Assembly: GCA_947085375.1 (NCBI GenBank)
Contig: CAMTWB010000005.1
Coordinates: forward strand, 1,023 to 65,022
DNA length: 64,000 bases
Origin: an uncultured delta proteobacterium
Lineage (GTDB): Bacteria; Desulfobacterota; Syntrophia; Syntrophales; CAMTWB01
Reading direction: 5' to 3'
Both the position numbers and the translations under genes were made by a program. Under the pieces are notes generated by a model that had not been told where the DNA came from, did no database searches, and saw only the letters and a program-made list of their open reading frames with translations. This document shows positions 1 through 9,584 of the stretch, one piece after another. Within the stretch, counting starts at the first letter, position 1, and each line of letters begins with the position of its first letter.

Positions 1-639
1 ATCTATCATCCGACCCAGGGCCGGATTCATTTTCATGGCGCCGACATTACCGGCCTGAAGCCCCACCGCCGCGCCGAGCTGGGGATTGCCCGGACCTTTC
101 AAAAGCTCGAGCTTTTCCGCGGCATGACTGTCTTGGACAATATCCGCCTGGGCCGTCACATTCAGCTTAAATCGGGAATATTAAGCGGCATTGCCTATCT
201 GGGAAAAACGGCCCGGGAGGAAATCAAGGCCCGGGAATTCATCGAGGAAGAAATTATCGACCTCTTGGAAATTCCTCATATCCGCAACAAGACCGTAGCC
301 ATGCTCCCCTACGGCCTGCAGAAGCGGGTAGAGCTGGGGCGGGCGCTAGCCCTCAAGCCAACCCTGCTGCTTTTGGACGAGCCTCTGGCGGGTCTGAACC
401 TCGAAGAGGTGGAGGATATGGCCCGTTTTATCCTGGACATCAATCAAGACGAGCGCTGGAAGGTCACCTGTATCCTGGTCGAACACGATATGGGGGTGGT
501 TATGGATATTTCCGATCGGGTTTCGGTGCTCAACTTCGGATACAAAATCGCCGAAGGAACGCCCCGGGAGATCCAGAGTGACAGCACTGTTGTCAAAGCC
601 TACCTGGGGGAGGAGGATCTGTATGCCACAAGGAGATAA
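1..639 (+). CDS. ABC transporter ATP-binding subunit, LivG-type (5' end outside window)
   Basis: Frame 1 is open from base 1 (IYHPTQGRIHFHGADITGLKPHRRAELGIARTFQ). LivG-style signature LPYGLQKRVELGRALA and Walker B LLLLDEP. Stop at 637-639. Confidence 0.85.
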   Translation: MYHPTQGRIHFHGADITGLKPHRRAELGIARTFQKLELFRGMTVLDNIRLGRHIQLKSGILSGIAYLGKTAREEIKAREFIEEEIIDLLEIPHIRNKTVAMLPYGLQKRVELGRALALKPTLLLLDEPLAGLNLEEVEDMARFILDINQDERWKVTCILVEHDMGVVMDISDRVSVLNFGYKIAEGTPREIQSDSTVVKAYLGEEDLYATRR

Positions 640-2575
640 TGCCACGCAAACCAGCATTGCCGCAACCGGCAACCTGACCCTGCCCAAAATGTTTCTGGCC
701 GCAGCAAAAAATTTTGGCGACGACCGGATAGCCCTGCGGGAGAAGGAATTCGGCATCTGGCAGCCGATCACCTGGAAACGCTATCTGGACAATGTTCGCC
801 ATATTGCCCTGGGACTGGCCAGCCTGGGCTTAAAGAGGGGTGAAAAGGCCGCCATGATCGGCGACAACAGGCCTGAGGGCCTCTGGGCGGAAATGGGGAT
901 CATGTGTGCCGGCGGAGTTGCCGTCTGGCTTTTTCAAGACTGCCTTCTTGATGAAGTGGTCTATATTATCAACCATTCCGACGCCCGTTTCCTGTTCGTG
1001 GAAGGACAGGAAGAGGTCGATAAGGGACTTTCAATTAAGGAAAGATGTCCTAATCTCGAACGGATTATCTGGGATGATCCCAAGGGGATGCGGGGTTACG
1101 ACCAACCCATCTTGCTTAGCTTGAAGGATCTGATCGGTCTGGGTCGAGACCTGGAGCAACGTGATCCGGAACTCTTTGACCGGATGGTCGCCCAGGGCAA
1201 TTCCGGCGATGTGGCCCTGCTCTTCTATACCTCAGGGACAACCGCCCTGCCCAAAGGCGCGCTCCTTTCCCATCAAAACATGATCAGCATGGGCAAAAAC
1301 ATGATGGCGGTTGACCCCTGTTATCCGGAAGATTCCTACGTCTCGTATCTGCCCTTTGCCTGGATCGGAGAGCAGATGATGTCGGTGTCAAGCGGTCTTC
1401 GAGTTGGATTTACCATCAATTTTCCCGAGGAACCGGAGAGCAACCAGGAGAATATCAGGGAAATCGCCCCCCATGTAATGTTTGCCCCTCCCCGGATGTA
1501 CGAGCAAATGACCCGAACGGTGCAGGTAAAACATCTCGATTCCTCCTGGGTCAAGAGGAAAATATTTAATCTGGCCATGACAATAGGCTACTGGGCCGCA
1601 GACTTGAAGTTTGAAAAGAAATATGTGCCCTTCTATGTGAGTTTCCTGCGCTGGCTGGCCCACATTGCGGTATTCAAGAAATTGCGGGACCACTTAGGCC
1701 TGGTAAACATCCGCAACGCCTACACCGGTGGCGCGGCCATGGGGCCGGAGCATTTCCGCTTCTTCCATGCCATCGGGGTAAATCTGAAACAAATCTACGG
1801 TCAGACCGAGATCGCCGGCATCTCCGTACTTCACCGCAAGGGGGACGTGAAGTTCGACACGGTGGGAACCCCGCTTCCGGAAACGGAAGTGAAAATTACC
1901 CCCGAAGGCGAGATCATCTCACGGAGTCCTTCGGTTTTTCTGGGTTACTATAAGAATCCCGAAGCCACTGCCAAAACCCTTCGTGATGGCTGGCTTTATT
2001 CCGGTGACAAGGGATTTATCGATGACGACGGCCACCTGGTGGTTTTCGATCGCACCGCCGACGTGATGACATTAAGCGATGGCAGCATCTTCGCCCCCCA
2101 GTACCTGGAAACCCGCCTCAAATTCAGCCCCTACGTAAAAGATGCCTGGGTGATTGGCAATAACCGGCCCTTCATGTCCGCGGTAATCTGCATTGACTAT
2201 GCCGTGGTGGGGAAATGGGCGGATGAAAGAAAGCTCAACTATACCAGCTACCAGGAGCTTTCTCAGAAAAAAGAGGTCTATGAGCTGGTGGAAAAACAGA
2301 TTGCCGAGGCCAACAAGGGCCTGAAACCAGCGGCCAAGCTCCATTGCTTCGTTAACATGTTCAAAGAATTCGATGCCGATGATGAGGAGCTTACCCGGAC
2401 GAGAAAGATCCGCCGGGCCTTTCTGGAAAACCGCTATCAGGACATTCTGTCGGCAATCTACGAAGGTAAAGATAATATCAATATTGACACCTCGATAACC
2501 TACGAGGATGGTCGGGTAGTGCGGCTCAAGGCGGATCTCCATGTTCAAAAAATTAAGGTGGAGGAGGGGAGATAA
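623..2575 (+). CDS. AMP-dependent acyl-CoA synthetase/ligase (long-chain acyl-CoA ligase-like) embedded in the ABC operon
   Basis: AMP-binding motifs LFYTSGTTALPKGA, YGQTE and GWLYSGDKG. ATG at 623 follows GGAGGAGG. The tracked start at 578 lies inside the upstream gene. Confidence 0.85.
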   Translation: MPQGDNATQTSIAATGNLTLPKMFLAAAKNFGDDRIALREKEFGIWQPITWKRYLDNVRHIALGLASLGLKRGEKAAMIGDNRPEGLWAEMGIMCAGGVAVWLFQDCLLDEVVYIINHSDARFLFVEGQEEVDKGLSIKERCPNLERIIWDDPKGMRGYDQPILLSLKDLIGLGRDLEQRDPELFDRMVAQGNSGDVALLFYTSGTTALPKGALLSHQNMISMGKNMMAVDPCYPEDSYVSYLPFAWIGEQMMSVSSGLRVGFTINFPEEPESNQENIREIAPHVMFAPPRMYEQMTRTVQVKHLDSSWVKRKIFNLAMTIGYWAADLKFEKKYVPFYVSFLRWLAHIAVFKKLRDHLGLVNIRNAYTGGAAMGPEHFRFFHAIGVNLKQIYGQTEIAGISVLHRKGDVKFDTVGTPLPETEVKITPEGEIISRSPSVFLGYYKNPEATAKTLRDGWLYSGDKGFIDDDGHLVVFDRTADVMTLSDGSIFAPQYLETRLKFSPYVKDAWVIGNNRPFMSAVICIDYAVVGKWADERKLNYTSYQELSQKKEVYELVEKQIAEANKGLKPAAKLHCFVNMFKEFDADDEELTRTRKIRRAFLENRYQDILSAIYEGKDNINIDTSITYEDGRVVRLKADLHVQKIKVEEGR

Positions 2576-3459
2576 TGGAACTTTTTTTCCAAGCGATTAT
2601 TACCGGGATCATGGTGGGTGGCATCTATGCCCTGGTTGCCCTGGGCTGGACGATTATCTACAAATGTTCCGGCGTCCTCAATCTGGCCATGGGCGAGCTG
2701 GTGCTCATCGGGGCCTACGTTTGTCTGAGCTTCTACCTGTGGGGCTTCCCCTTTTGGCTGGCGGTCATTGTAACCATGATCATCGGATTTATCCTGGGAC
2801 TCATTACCGAGAGGCTATTTCTTGACAAGCTCATCGGCGAGCCGGTTTTGACTGTGATCATGGTCACCGTGGGCCTGTCCTTTTTCTTCCGGGGAGTCAT
2901 CATGTTCATCTGGGGCACCGACACGGTAGTCTTTGCGCCGCCTATCTTCCCCAGCGAACCGGTGAACATCATGGGGATAATAATCGGCCAGGTTTACATC
3001 TGGAGTTTTGCTGCCGCTTTGGTGCTTTTGGTCGTATTCGTTGCCTTTTTCCAGTACACCCGCTGGGGACTGGCCATGCAGGCAACGGCCGACCAGGAGA
3101 AGGCGGCACTGTCTCTGGGGATCAGCGCCCGCTTTGTTTATGCCACCGCCTGGGGAATCGCCTTCGTTGCCGCGGGTGTTGGCGGCGCCCTTCTGGGCAA
3201 TATCAACGGGCTTAACATTTCCGTAGGCTACCTGGGACTCTTGGTGCTGCCGGCGGTGGTTCTGGGGGGGCTCAATTCAATTCCCGGGGCGATTGTGGGG
3301 GGTATCCTGATCGGGATTCTCCAGAATCTCAGCGGCGCCTATCTGGATCAGTTCACTCCGGGGGGGGTAAAAGAGATAGCCCCCTTTGTCTTCATGGTCA
3401 TCATCCTCCTGTTTAAGCCTTACGGCCTATGGGGATGGGAAAGGATTGAGAGGGTATAG
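2575..3459 (+). CDS. ABC transporter permease, LivH-type
   Basis: 294-aa polytopic membrane protein with typical LivH-like glycine-rich TM segments. Start overlaps the upstream stop (TAATG). Confidence 0.85.
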   Translation: MELFFQAIITGIMVGGIYALVALGWTIIYKCSGVLNLAMGELVLIGAYVCLSFYLWGFPFWLAVIVTMIIGFILGLITERLFLDKLIGEPVLTVIMVTVGLSFFFRGVIMFIWGTDTVVFAPPIFPSEPVNIMGIIIGQVYIWSFAAALVLLVVFVAFFQYTRWGLAMQATADQEKAALSLGISARFVYATAWGIAFVAAGVGGALLGNINGLNISVGYLGLLVLPAVVLGGLNSIPGAIVGGILIGILQNLSGAYLDQFTPGGVKEIAPFVFMVIILLFKPYGLWGWERIERV

Positions 3460-3461
3460 CC

Positions 3462-4529
3462 ATGTCTTATCTACCGAGCGGCATCTATCACGAGTATTAC
3501 CGGCAGGATCATGCCTGGTGGCAGACCAGGTTCATAATGGCCAAGATGATTCTTCTTGGGTTGATAGTGTTTTATTTTATCCCCTACTGGGGCGGCCTGT
3601 ACCTGGTAGGCGTGGCCACCCTGATAATTTACACGGCCATGGGGGCCTTGGGGGTGCAGCTGCTAATTGGTTACTGCGGCCAGGTTACTCTGGGACATGC
3701 GGCCTTCATCGCAGTCGGGGCCTATACCAGTACCCTTTTGATGCTGCAGTTTAATGTTCCCTATCTGCTGAGTATTCTTTTTGGCGGAATTGCAGCCGGC
3801 CTCTGGTCCGTCCTCTTTGGCCTGCCCTCCGCCAAGGTTAAGGGCTTTTATCTGATCATGACTTCGCTTGCCGCCCAGTTCGTCACGGTGGATTTCATCC
3901 TGACCCAGTACGTAAGCCAGATTGGCGGACGAGGTCAGGCCTTTTCCCTGCCGCCCGGTAGCATTACGATTGGGCCGATAGTCTTGGACGACGACATTAA
4001 AATTTATCTCTTGGGCGCGGTTCTCATCGTGATTCTAACCATGGCGGTGGTAAACCTTCTCAGGTCGCGAGTTGGACGGGCCTGGATTGCAATCAGGGAC
4101 AATGACATTGCCGCCGAAACGATGGGCATCAATATCGTCAAGTATAAGCTCCTGGCCTTTTTCGTAGCCGGCTTTATCGGCGGCGTGGCCGGCGCTTACT
4201 GGGTTTCTACCCTGGCGGCGCTGAGTCCCGAACATTTTCCCTGGTTCTGGTCTCTGTGGCTGGTGGGTGTAATTCTCATCGGCGGCGTGGGCAGCATCCA
4301 CGGCGTCTTTTTTGGGTCGCTCTTCATGGTGCTGATCCTGGAAGCCCTGAAGTTTGCCCTGGTACCCCTGATGCCGTTTTATCCGGCGCTGGCGATGAAG
4401 TTTCTCTTTATCAAGGAAGCAGCCTTTGGTCTGGCCATCTGTCTCTTCCTCATCTACGAACCAAACGGTCTGGCCTATCGGTGGTGGCAGATCAAAAATT
4501 ACTTTAATTTGTGGCCCTTTTCCTATTGA
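3462..4529 (+). CDS. ABC transporter permease, LivM-type
   Basis: 355-aa polytopic membrane protein. The LLIGYCGQVTLGHAAF motif is typical of LivM-family permeases. Lies 2 nt after the preceding gene. Confidence 0.85.
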   Translation: MSYLPSGIYHEYYRQDHAWWQTRFIMAKMILLGLIVFYFIPYWGGLYLVGVATLIIYTAMGALGVQLLIGYCGQVTLGHAAFIAVGAYTSTLLMLQFNVPYLLSILFGGIAAGLWSVLFGLPSAKVKGFYLIMTSLAAQFVTVDFILTQYVSQIGGRGQAFSLPPGSITIGPIVLDDDIKIYLLGAVLIVILTMAVVNLLRSRVGRAWIAIRDNDIAAETMGINIVKYKLLAFFVAGFIGGVAGAYWVSTLAALSPEHFPWFWSLWLVGVILIGGVGSIHGVFFGSLFMVLILEALKFALVPLMPFYPALAMKFLFIKEAAFGLAICLFLIYEPNGLAYRWWQIKNYFNLWPFSY

Positions 4530-4653
4530 CGGACATCATCATCAACCAGATGCTTTCTTTGAACTTCTCGTGTCTTGACGAGGTCGAGGGTGGGTGGGGC
4601 AAACAATGAGGGATGAGATTTAGAAACACAAACGTAAAAAGGAGGGAATGCGT

Positions 4654-5922
4654 ATGAGAAGGACATTTTTGTTTTTGTTGGTGGTGATGGCCATTGCCAT
4701 GGGTGGGGCAACCGGCATGGCCTTGGCGCAGGCCAAGGCCAAGGCGGTGGATGTACGGGTGGGGTCTCTCAACGATACCACCGGCGCTACCTCGGATGTC
4801 GGCAAGGATTATGCCATGGGGATAGCCGAGGCGATCACCTATATCAACGATACCGGCGGTATCAACGGCAAGAAGATCAAGCTCTTTCAGTACGATTACG
4901 GTTATCGGATTCCTGAGGCGATAACCACCTACAAGAGATTTCGTGACTTTGACAAGGTGGTAGCCGTTTTAGGCTGGGGGACAGGAGACACGGAGGCCCT
5001 ATCACCCACCATCACCAAGGACAAGATCCCCTATGTTTCAGCGTCCTATTCGGCCCATCTGACGGATCCCAAAAAGACGCCCTACAATCTCTTCTTTTCC
5101 GCTGATTATTCTACTCATGCCCGGGCGGCGCTCACCACCTGGTTTGATCACGTCTGGCTTAAAGACGCCCGTTTCAAGGAACGGCGCGATAAGGGAGAAA
5201 AACCTCGTTTCGTGTGTTTTTACTCCTTCCCCTCACCCTATGCCAGCGCCCCCATCAAGGCGATAAAGGATCAGGCTGCCCTGCTGGGTTTTGAGATCGG
5301 TCCCGATCAGGATGTACCCCTAACCGCTTTGGATACCAAAAGCCAGGTTCTGGCCGCCAAGGCCTTTAAACCGGATGTGGTTTGGCACGGCAATACCACC
5401 ATGTCGGTGGCCACCGCACTGAAGGATGCTCTGGCGCTGGGATTGGGTGCAGACCATCTTTCCAATACCTGGGGCTTTGATGAAAACCTTCCCCGTCTGG
5501 GAGGCCCCGCGGCGGAAGGCGTTATGGGAATAGCGCCAACAGCCTTCTTTGGCGGCAAGGCGCCCCTGATGGATACCATTGCCAAGTACGCCAAGCTGGT
5601 AAACCCGGGGGTTCCCACGGAGAAACGGCTAATCCACACGCTTAAGGCCTGGGGCAATGTTTTGATCTTAGCTGATGCAATGCGAATTGCCGATAAGGCG
5701 GGCGAATTAAACGGCCCCGGCATCCTCAAGGCCATGGAGACCTTCCGGAACAAGGATTTGGGGATCGGCGCGATGCCGGTGAGCTTTACTGCAACCGATC
5801 ACCGTCCTGCTTCGGGAACGCCGGTATTTCGCGTCGAGAAGGGCAAATTCGTTTTCGTGGATAATATCGACTTAAAGAAACGCTGGCCGGATAAGTGGGA
5901 GAAGGAGTGGTTCGGCTGGTAA
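4654..5922 (+). CDS. ABC transporter periplasmic substrate-binding protein (LivK/type I PBP-like)
   Basis: Signal peptide MRRTFLFLLVVMAIAMGGATGMALAQA. Size and operon context fit. The second ATG (4654) has better spacing from AAGGAGGG than 4648. Confidence 0.8.
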   Translation: MRRTFLFLLVVMAIAMGGATGMALAQAKAKAVDVRVGSLNDTTGATSDVGKDYAMGIAEAITYINDTGGINGKKIKLFQYDYGYRIPEAITTYKRFRDFDKVVAVLGWGTGDTEALSPTITKDKIPYVSASYSAHLTDPKKTPYNLFFSADYSTHARAALTTWFDHVWLKDARFKERRDKGEKPRFVCFYSFPSPYASAPIKAIKDQAALLGFEIGPDQDVPLTALDTKSQVLAAKAFKPDVVWHGNTTMSVATALKDALALGLGADHLSNTWGFDENLPRLGGPAAEGVMGIAPTAFFGGKAPLMDTIAKYAKLVNPGVPTEKRLIHTLKAWGNVLILADAMRIADKAGELNGPGILKAMETFRNKDLGIGAMPVSFTATDHRPASGTPVFRVEKGKFVFVDNIDLKKRWPDKWEKEWFGW

Positions 5923-5949
5923 TTCTGTTCACTTTTATTAGGGGAGGTA

Positions 5950-6765
5950 ATGGCCTTGAGTGGCGATCCGATATTACAGATAAACAGCATTGAAGTAAAG
6001 TACCACGAGGTGATCCTGGTGCTCAAGGGGGTTTCGATCGCTGTTCCCCGGGAGGGCATTGTTGCCCTCCTGGGGGCCAATGGCGCCGGCAAGAGCACCA
6101 CCTTGAAGGCGGTCTCTGGTCTCCTGAAGCATGAAGACGGCAAGGTAAGCGATGGCAGCATCGTCTTTATGGGCGAACGTATTGACAAAAAACAAGCGGA
6201 GGAGATTGCCAAATCGGGAATCATTCAGGTCATCGAAGGGCGTCTGGTCTTTGAGCACCTGACCGTAGAGCAGAATCTCATCGTGGGCGGGCACCTTAGG
6301 AAGGATCGAGCGGCAATCAAAAACGGCCTGGAGATGGTCTATCATTACTTCCCGCGCCTGAAAGAAAAGAGAAACGAAACGGCGGGTTTTGTCAGCGGCG
6401 GCGAGCAGCAGATGACTGTGGTGGGCCGGGCGCTGATGGCCAATCCGAAACTGATGCTCTTAGATGAGCCGTCTATGGGCCTGGCCCCGATGCTTATCGG
6501 TGAGATTTTCAACATCATCACCCGCTTGAATCAAGAGTCAAAAATAGCCATTCTCCTGGTAGAGCAAAACGCCAAGCTTGCTCTCAGTGTTGCGCCCTAC
6601 GCCTATGTGATGGAGAATGGCCGGATCGTCATGGATGATACAGCCGAGAAGCTTTCCCAAAACCCTGATATCAAAGATTTCTATCTCGGCCTGACTGACC
6701 TGGGGGCCAGGAAAAGCTTTCGGGATGCCAAACATTATAAACGCAGGAAACGCTGGATGACCTGA
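5950..6765 (+). CDS. ABC transporter ATP-binding subunit, LivF-type
   Basis: Walker A GANGAGKST, signature VSGGEQQM, Walker B LMLLDEPSMGL. RBS GGGGAGG. Confidence 0.88.
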   Translation: MALSGDPILQINSIEVKYHEVILVLKGVSIAVPREGIVALLGANGAGKSTTLKAVSGLLKHEDGKVSDGSIVFMGERIDKKQAEEIAKSGIIQVIEGRLVFEHLTVEQNLIVGGHLRKDRAAIKNGLEMVYHYFPRLKEKRNETAGFVSGGEQQMTVVGRALMANPKLMLLDEPSMGLAPMLIGEIFNIITRLNQESKIAILLVEQNAKLALSVAPYAYVMENGRIVMDDTAEKLSQNPDIKDFYLGLTDLGARKSFRDAKHYKRRKRWMT

Positions 6766-6778
6766 AGGGAGGGTTGAT

Positions 6779-7393
6779 ATGAAAAAAGCTGTTATGACCA
6801 TTTTGGTGTTATTCACAGTAATTGGCTTTACTGTGACGGTATGCGGAGCTGCCTCTCATGGAAAGCAGGCTGCCCCCGCCGAGAAACCAACGGCTGCCAA
6901 AAAAGTGGAGGCTCTTAAACAGCCAGTAATCACACTGGATCGGGTAGAGATCGCGGGCTACTGGGGCTATTGGTTTGATGCCCCCAACCGTCGGGCCGCT
7001 CCCCTGGCTTTGGCATTTATCTTTGCCTTGGAGAATCCGAACAAGGCGGCAGTGATGCTCGATGACCTCAAGTTTACCGTGGCTTTCGAAGATTTCGAGG
7101 TCAACACGGTAATGATCTATGATGACAACTATATTCCCGGTATGACCAAGGAGTACCTGCGGGTCAATGTCCTTCTTGACGCCTGGATAACCAATGGTCT
7201 TTTGGCCGTCACCAGCGGTCACCGGCTCCTGGAGATGAATGTCAAGGGGACGGATCTCCTGGAAAAATGGTGGAAGGGGGTGGCGGAATTCGATTTTCCT
7301 ATCGAAGTAAGGAACGGAACGGCAACATTCGAAGGCCCCAGGGAGCAGATAATCCGGGTTGCTTTTGGAGGGGTCTTCCCGCCTAAGAAATGA
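6779..7393 (+). CDS. Hypothetical exported protein (signal peptide/lipobox-like TVCG), family not recognised
   Basis: The 204-aa ORF starts 13 nt after the LivF-type gene's stop and has RBS GGGAGGG. N-terminal hydrophobic signal MKKAVMTILVLFTVIGFTVTVCGAAS. Confidence 0.6.
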   Translation: MKKAVMTILVLFTVIGFTVTVCGAASHGKQAAPAEKPTAAKKVEALKQPVITLDRVEIAGYWGYWFDAPNRRAAPLALAFIFALENPNKAAVMLDDLKFTVAFEDFEVNTVMIYDDNYIPGMTKEYLRVNVLLDAWITNGLLAVTSGHRLLEMNVKGTDLLEKWWKGVAEFDFPIEVRNGTATFEGPREQIIRVAFGGVFPPKK

Positions 7394-7411
7394 CTTGGGG
7401 AAATTTGAGAA

Positions 7412-7443
7412 GAAAGGGCCGGCTCAGTGAGGCCGGTCCTTTC
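7412..7443 (+). terminator. Stem-loop between the ABC operon and the PaaK-like gene (possible attenuator or weak terminator)
   Basis: GAAAGGGCCGG (7412-7422) pairs with CCGGTCCTTTC (7433-7443) with one mismatch. There is no T-tract, so the function is uncertain. Confidence 0.25.
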
Positions 7444-7480
7444 CCCGGGGACATGCCGAGTTAGACTCAGGAGGTAATTG

Positions 7481-8764
7481 ATGGCTCAAGTCAATCGTAA
7501 ACGCGGCTACTTCCTGGCCGATCAGGAAACCATGACGGCAGGAGAAAGAAAAAAGCATCTCCAGCGCAAACTGCGTCAAATTGTAAAATACGCCTATGAA
7601 AAGGCCCCGGCCTTTCACGATATAATGGACCGGGCCAGTTTAACCCCGGCGGATATCAAAACCATTCCTGATCTGGAGAAGATGCCGGTTACGGCCAAGA
7701 CCGACCTGATTACGCTGCAGAAAAAAAATCCCCCTTTCGGCGGTTTAAACGGGGTTGCGCCGGAGAAGTTACGCCGGATATTTGTCTCGCCGGGGCCGAT
7801 ATATGAGCCGGGAGAAATGCACTATGACGACACTCGCTGGGCTCAGGCCCTTTGGGCCGGAGGCTTTCGGCCGGGCGACATCTGTCAGATTACATTTGGT
7901 TTTCATCTGACGCCATTTGCCTTCATGCTCGATGAATCACTTAAGATGCTGGGCTGCCGCTCTATCCCGGCTGGTTTCGGAAATACGGAAATTCAAGTCC
8001 AGATACTGCGGGATATGAAGGTAACAGGCTTTCTCGGAACGCCAAGCTTTCTCAATGCCATCATCGAGAAGGCCCGGGAGATGAAATACAGCCTCAAAAA
8101 AGACCTGAAATTAAAAACCGCCTTTGTGGCGGCGGAGATGCTGCCGGAATCCCTCCGGCAAGAGATCGAGTCTTCCCTGAACATTACCGTCCGACAGAGC
8201 TACGGCACCGCCGATATCGGCTGCCTCGGCTTCGAGTGCAGTGAGAAGAAAGGCATGCACATCCCCGATGACTGCATTGTGGAAATTGTGGATCCTGCAA
8301 CCGGCAGGCAACTGGGGCCGGGCGAGGTGGGCGAGGTAGTCGGCACCTGCTTTAACAAGGTTTATCCGCTGATCCGTTTCGGCACCGGCGATCTTTCCTA
8401 TTACAACGACGAACCCTGCCCCTGCGGCCGGACCTCCCACCGGCTGGTTAAAATCATCGGTCGCGTCGATCAGGTCACCAAGGTAAAGGGGATGTTTATC
8501 CATCCGGGTCTGGTCGATGCGGTAGCGGCGAAATTTCCCGAAATCTGCGCCTGCCAGGTGGTGGTAACCAGGGAAAGGCACCAGGACAAGATGCTCTTTC
8601 GGGCCGAGTTGACCGAAATCTGCGGCGAGCCCCAGGAATTAAAGGGGCGGGTTGCCCTGGCGCTGCAGGACATATTGCGGGTTCGGGGCGAGGTAGAATT
8701 TTTGTCTCGGGGCGCAATCCCCGGCGGCGCGAAAAAAATCGAGGACAAGCGAACCTGGGAATGA
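7481..8764 (+). CDS. Phenylacetate-CoA ligase family protein (PaaK / coenzyme F390 synthetase-like)
   Basis: 427 aa with PaaK-like N-terminus (ERKKHLQRKLRQIVKYAYEKAPAFHDIMD) and ANL-type core. ATG at 7481 follows AGGAGG. Confidence 0.85.
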   Translation: MAQVNRKRGYFLADQETMTAGERKKHLQRKLRQIVKYAYEKAPAFHDIMDRASLTPADIKTIPDLEKMPVTAKTDLITLQKKNPPFGGLNGVAPEKLRRIFVSPGPIYEPGEMHYDDTRWAQALWAGGFRPGDICQITFGFHLTPFAFMLDESLKMLGCRSIPAGFGNTEIQVQILRDMKVTGFLGTPSFLNAIIEKAREMKYSLKKDLKLKTAFVAAEMLPESLRQEIESSLNITVRQSYGTADIGCLGFECSEKKGMHIPDDCIVEIVDPATGRQLGPGEVGEVVGTCFNKVYPLIRFGTGDLSYYNDEPCPCGRTSHRLVKIIGRVDQVTKVKGMFIHPGLVDAVAAKFPEICACQVVVTRERHQDKMLFRAELTEICGEPQELKGRVALALQDILRVRGEVEFLSRGAIPGGAKKIEDKRTWE

Positions 8765-8849
8765 CGGTTACACTCTTGGCGGGTCAATAGAGGGACGAGT
8801 TTAAGTCTCGTCCGAATTCCCCTGCTGGTTCCATCTTCCCCCCCCCCGC

Positions 8850-8874
8850 TGGTTCAATCTTGCAGATTGAACCA
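8850..8874. repeat. Perfect 11-bp-stem hairpin TGGTTCAATCT-TGC-AGATTGAACCA (hairpin module of repeat family C)
   Basis: An identical hairpin with similar C-rich 5' flank recurs at 24122-24146. A variant is at 42855-42889. Confidence 0.85.
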
Positions 8875-8916
8875 CAACCTTGTAACAATATAGACCTGAC
8901 CCCCGTTCGACCCCGT

Positions 8917-9273
8917 TCAGATTTCGATCCCCATCACCTCCAGGACGGCGGGATAAATCCGCGCCATCTCCTTCTCGGTTAGCAGGGTAAGGGGTCCGGT
9001 TACCAGGCGCAGGTTGTCGATGGCGCGGATCTGATCGATTAAAAGGTCGGAATCCCGCTCCAGGCCGTCCCGGGCGCTGAGACGCAGGCGCAGGGGCGCG
9101 GCGTCTTCAATCAGGCGGGTCGTCAAGGGAATGACCAGGGTCGAGGGATGACCGACGTCCAACAGGGCCTGGTTCTGGATGATCAGCACCGGTCTTGTCT
9201 TCCCCGGTTCAGTGCCACTGCGCGGATTGAGATCGGCCAGCCAAACGGCGCCCTGTTCAAGTTTCCGGGTCAT
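8917..9273 (-). CDS. Type II toxin, MazF/PemK family mRNA interferase
   Basis: 118 aa. The GAVWLADLNPRSGTEPGKTRPVLIIQN motif is typical of PemK/MazF. It overlaps the upstream antitoxin ORF. Confidence 0.85.
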   Translation of the reverse strand: MTRKLEQGAVWLADLNPRSGTEPGKTRPVLIIQNQALLDVGHPSTLVIPLTTRLIEDAAPLRLRLSARDGLERDSDLLIDQIRAIDNLRLVTGPLTLLTEKEMARIYPAVLEVMGIEI

Positions 9274-9493
9274 GTTCGATCTCCGCGAATTCCCGATTGA
9301 CCGCCATGCTTTCCTCTCTTACCCGGGCGCTTACCTCCATCAGCCTGATCCGCTGCTGACGGCTATGAGTCGCCCGGTTCATCGATTCAATAGCCCGGCG
9401 CAGATACTCGGCCCGAGGAATCTGCAATTCAGCCGCCCGACAGTCCACCTCCCGGAGGAGCTGATCGGGAAGACGGATAGAAATGGTATTCAT
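9257..9493 (-). CDS. Ribbon-helix-helix (CopG-like) antitoxin
   Basis: MNTISIRLPDQLLREVD is a typical RHH N-terminus. ATG at 9493 follows AAGGAG. There is a 17-nt overlap with the toxin gene. Confidence 0.8.
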   Translation of the reverse strand: MNTISIRLPDQLLREVDCRAAELQIPRAEYLRRAIESMNRATHSRQQRIRLMEVSARVREESMAVNREFAEIEHDPET

Positions 9494-9584
9494 AATGCAT
9501 CTCCTTTTTGTATTCTTTACTTGAATACTAATTTGATGCCGTGCCATTGTCAACAGGAATGTAAGACCGGTTAATTATGGACAT

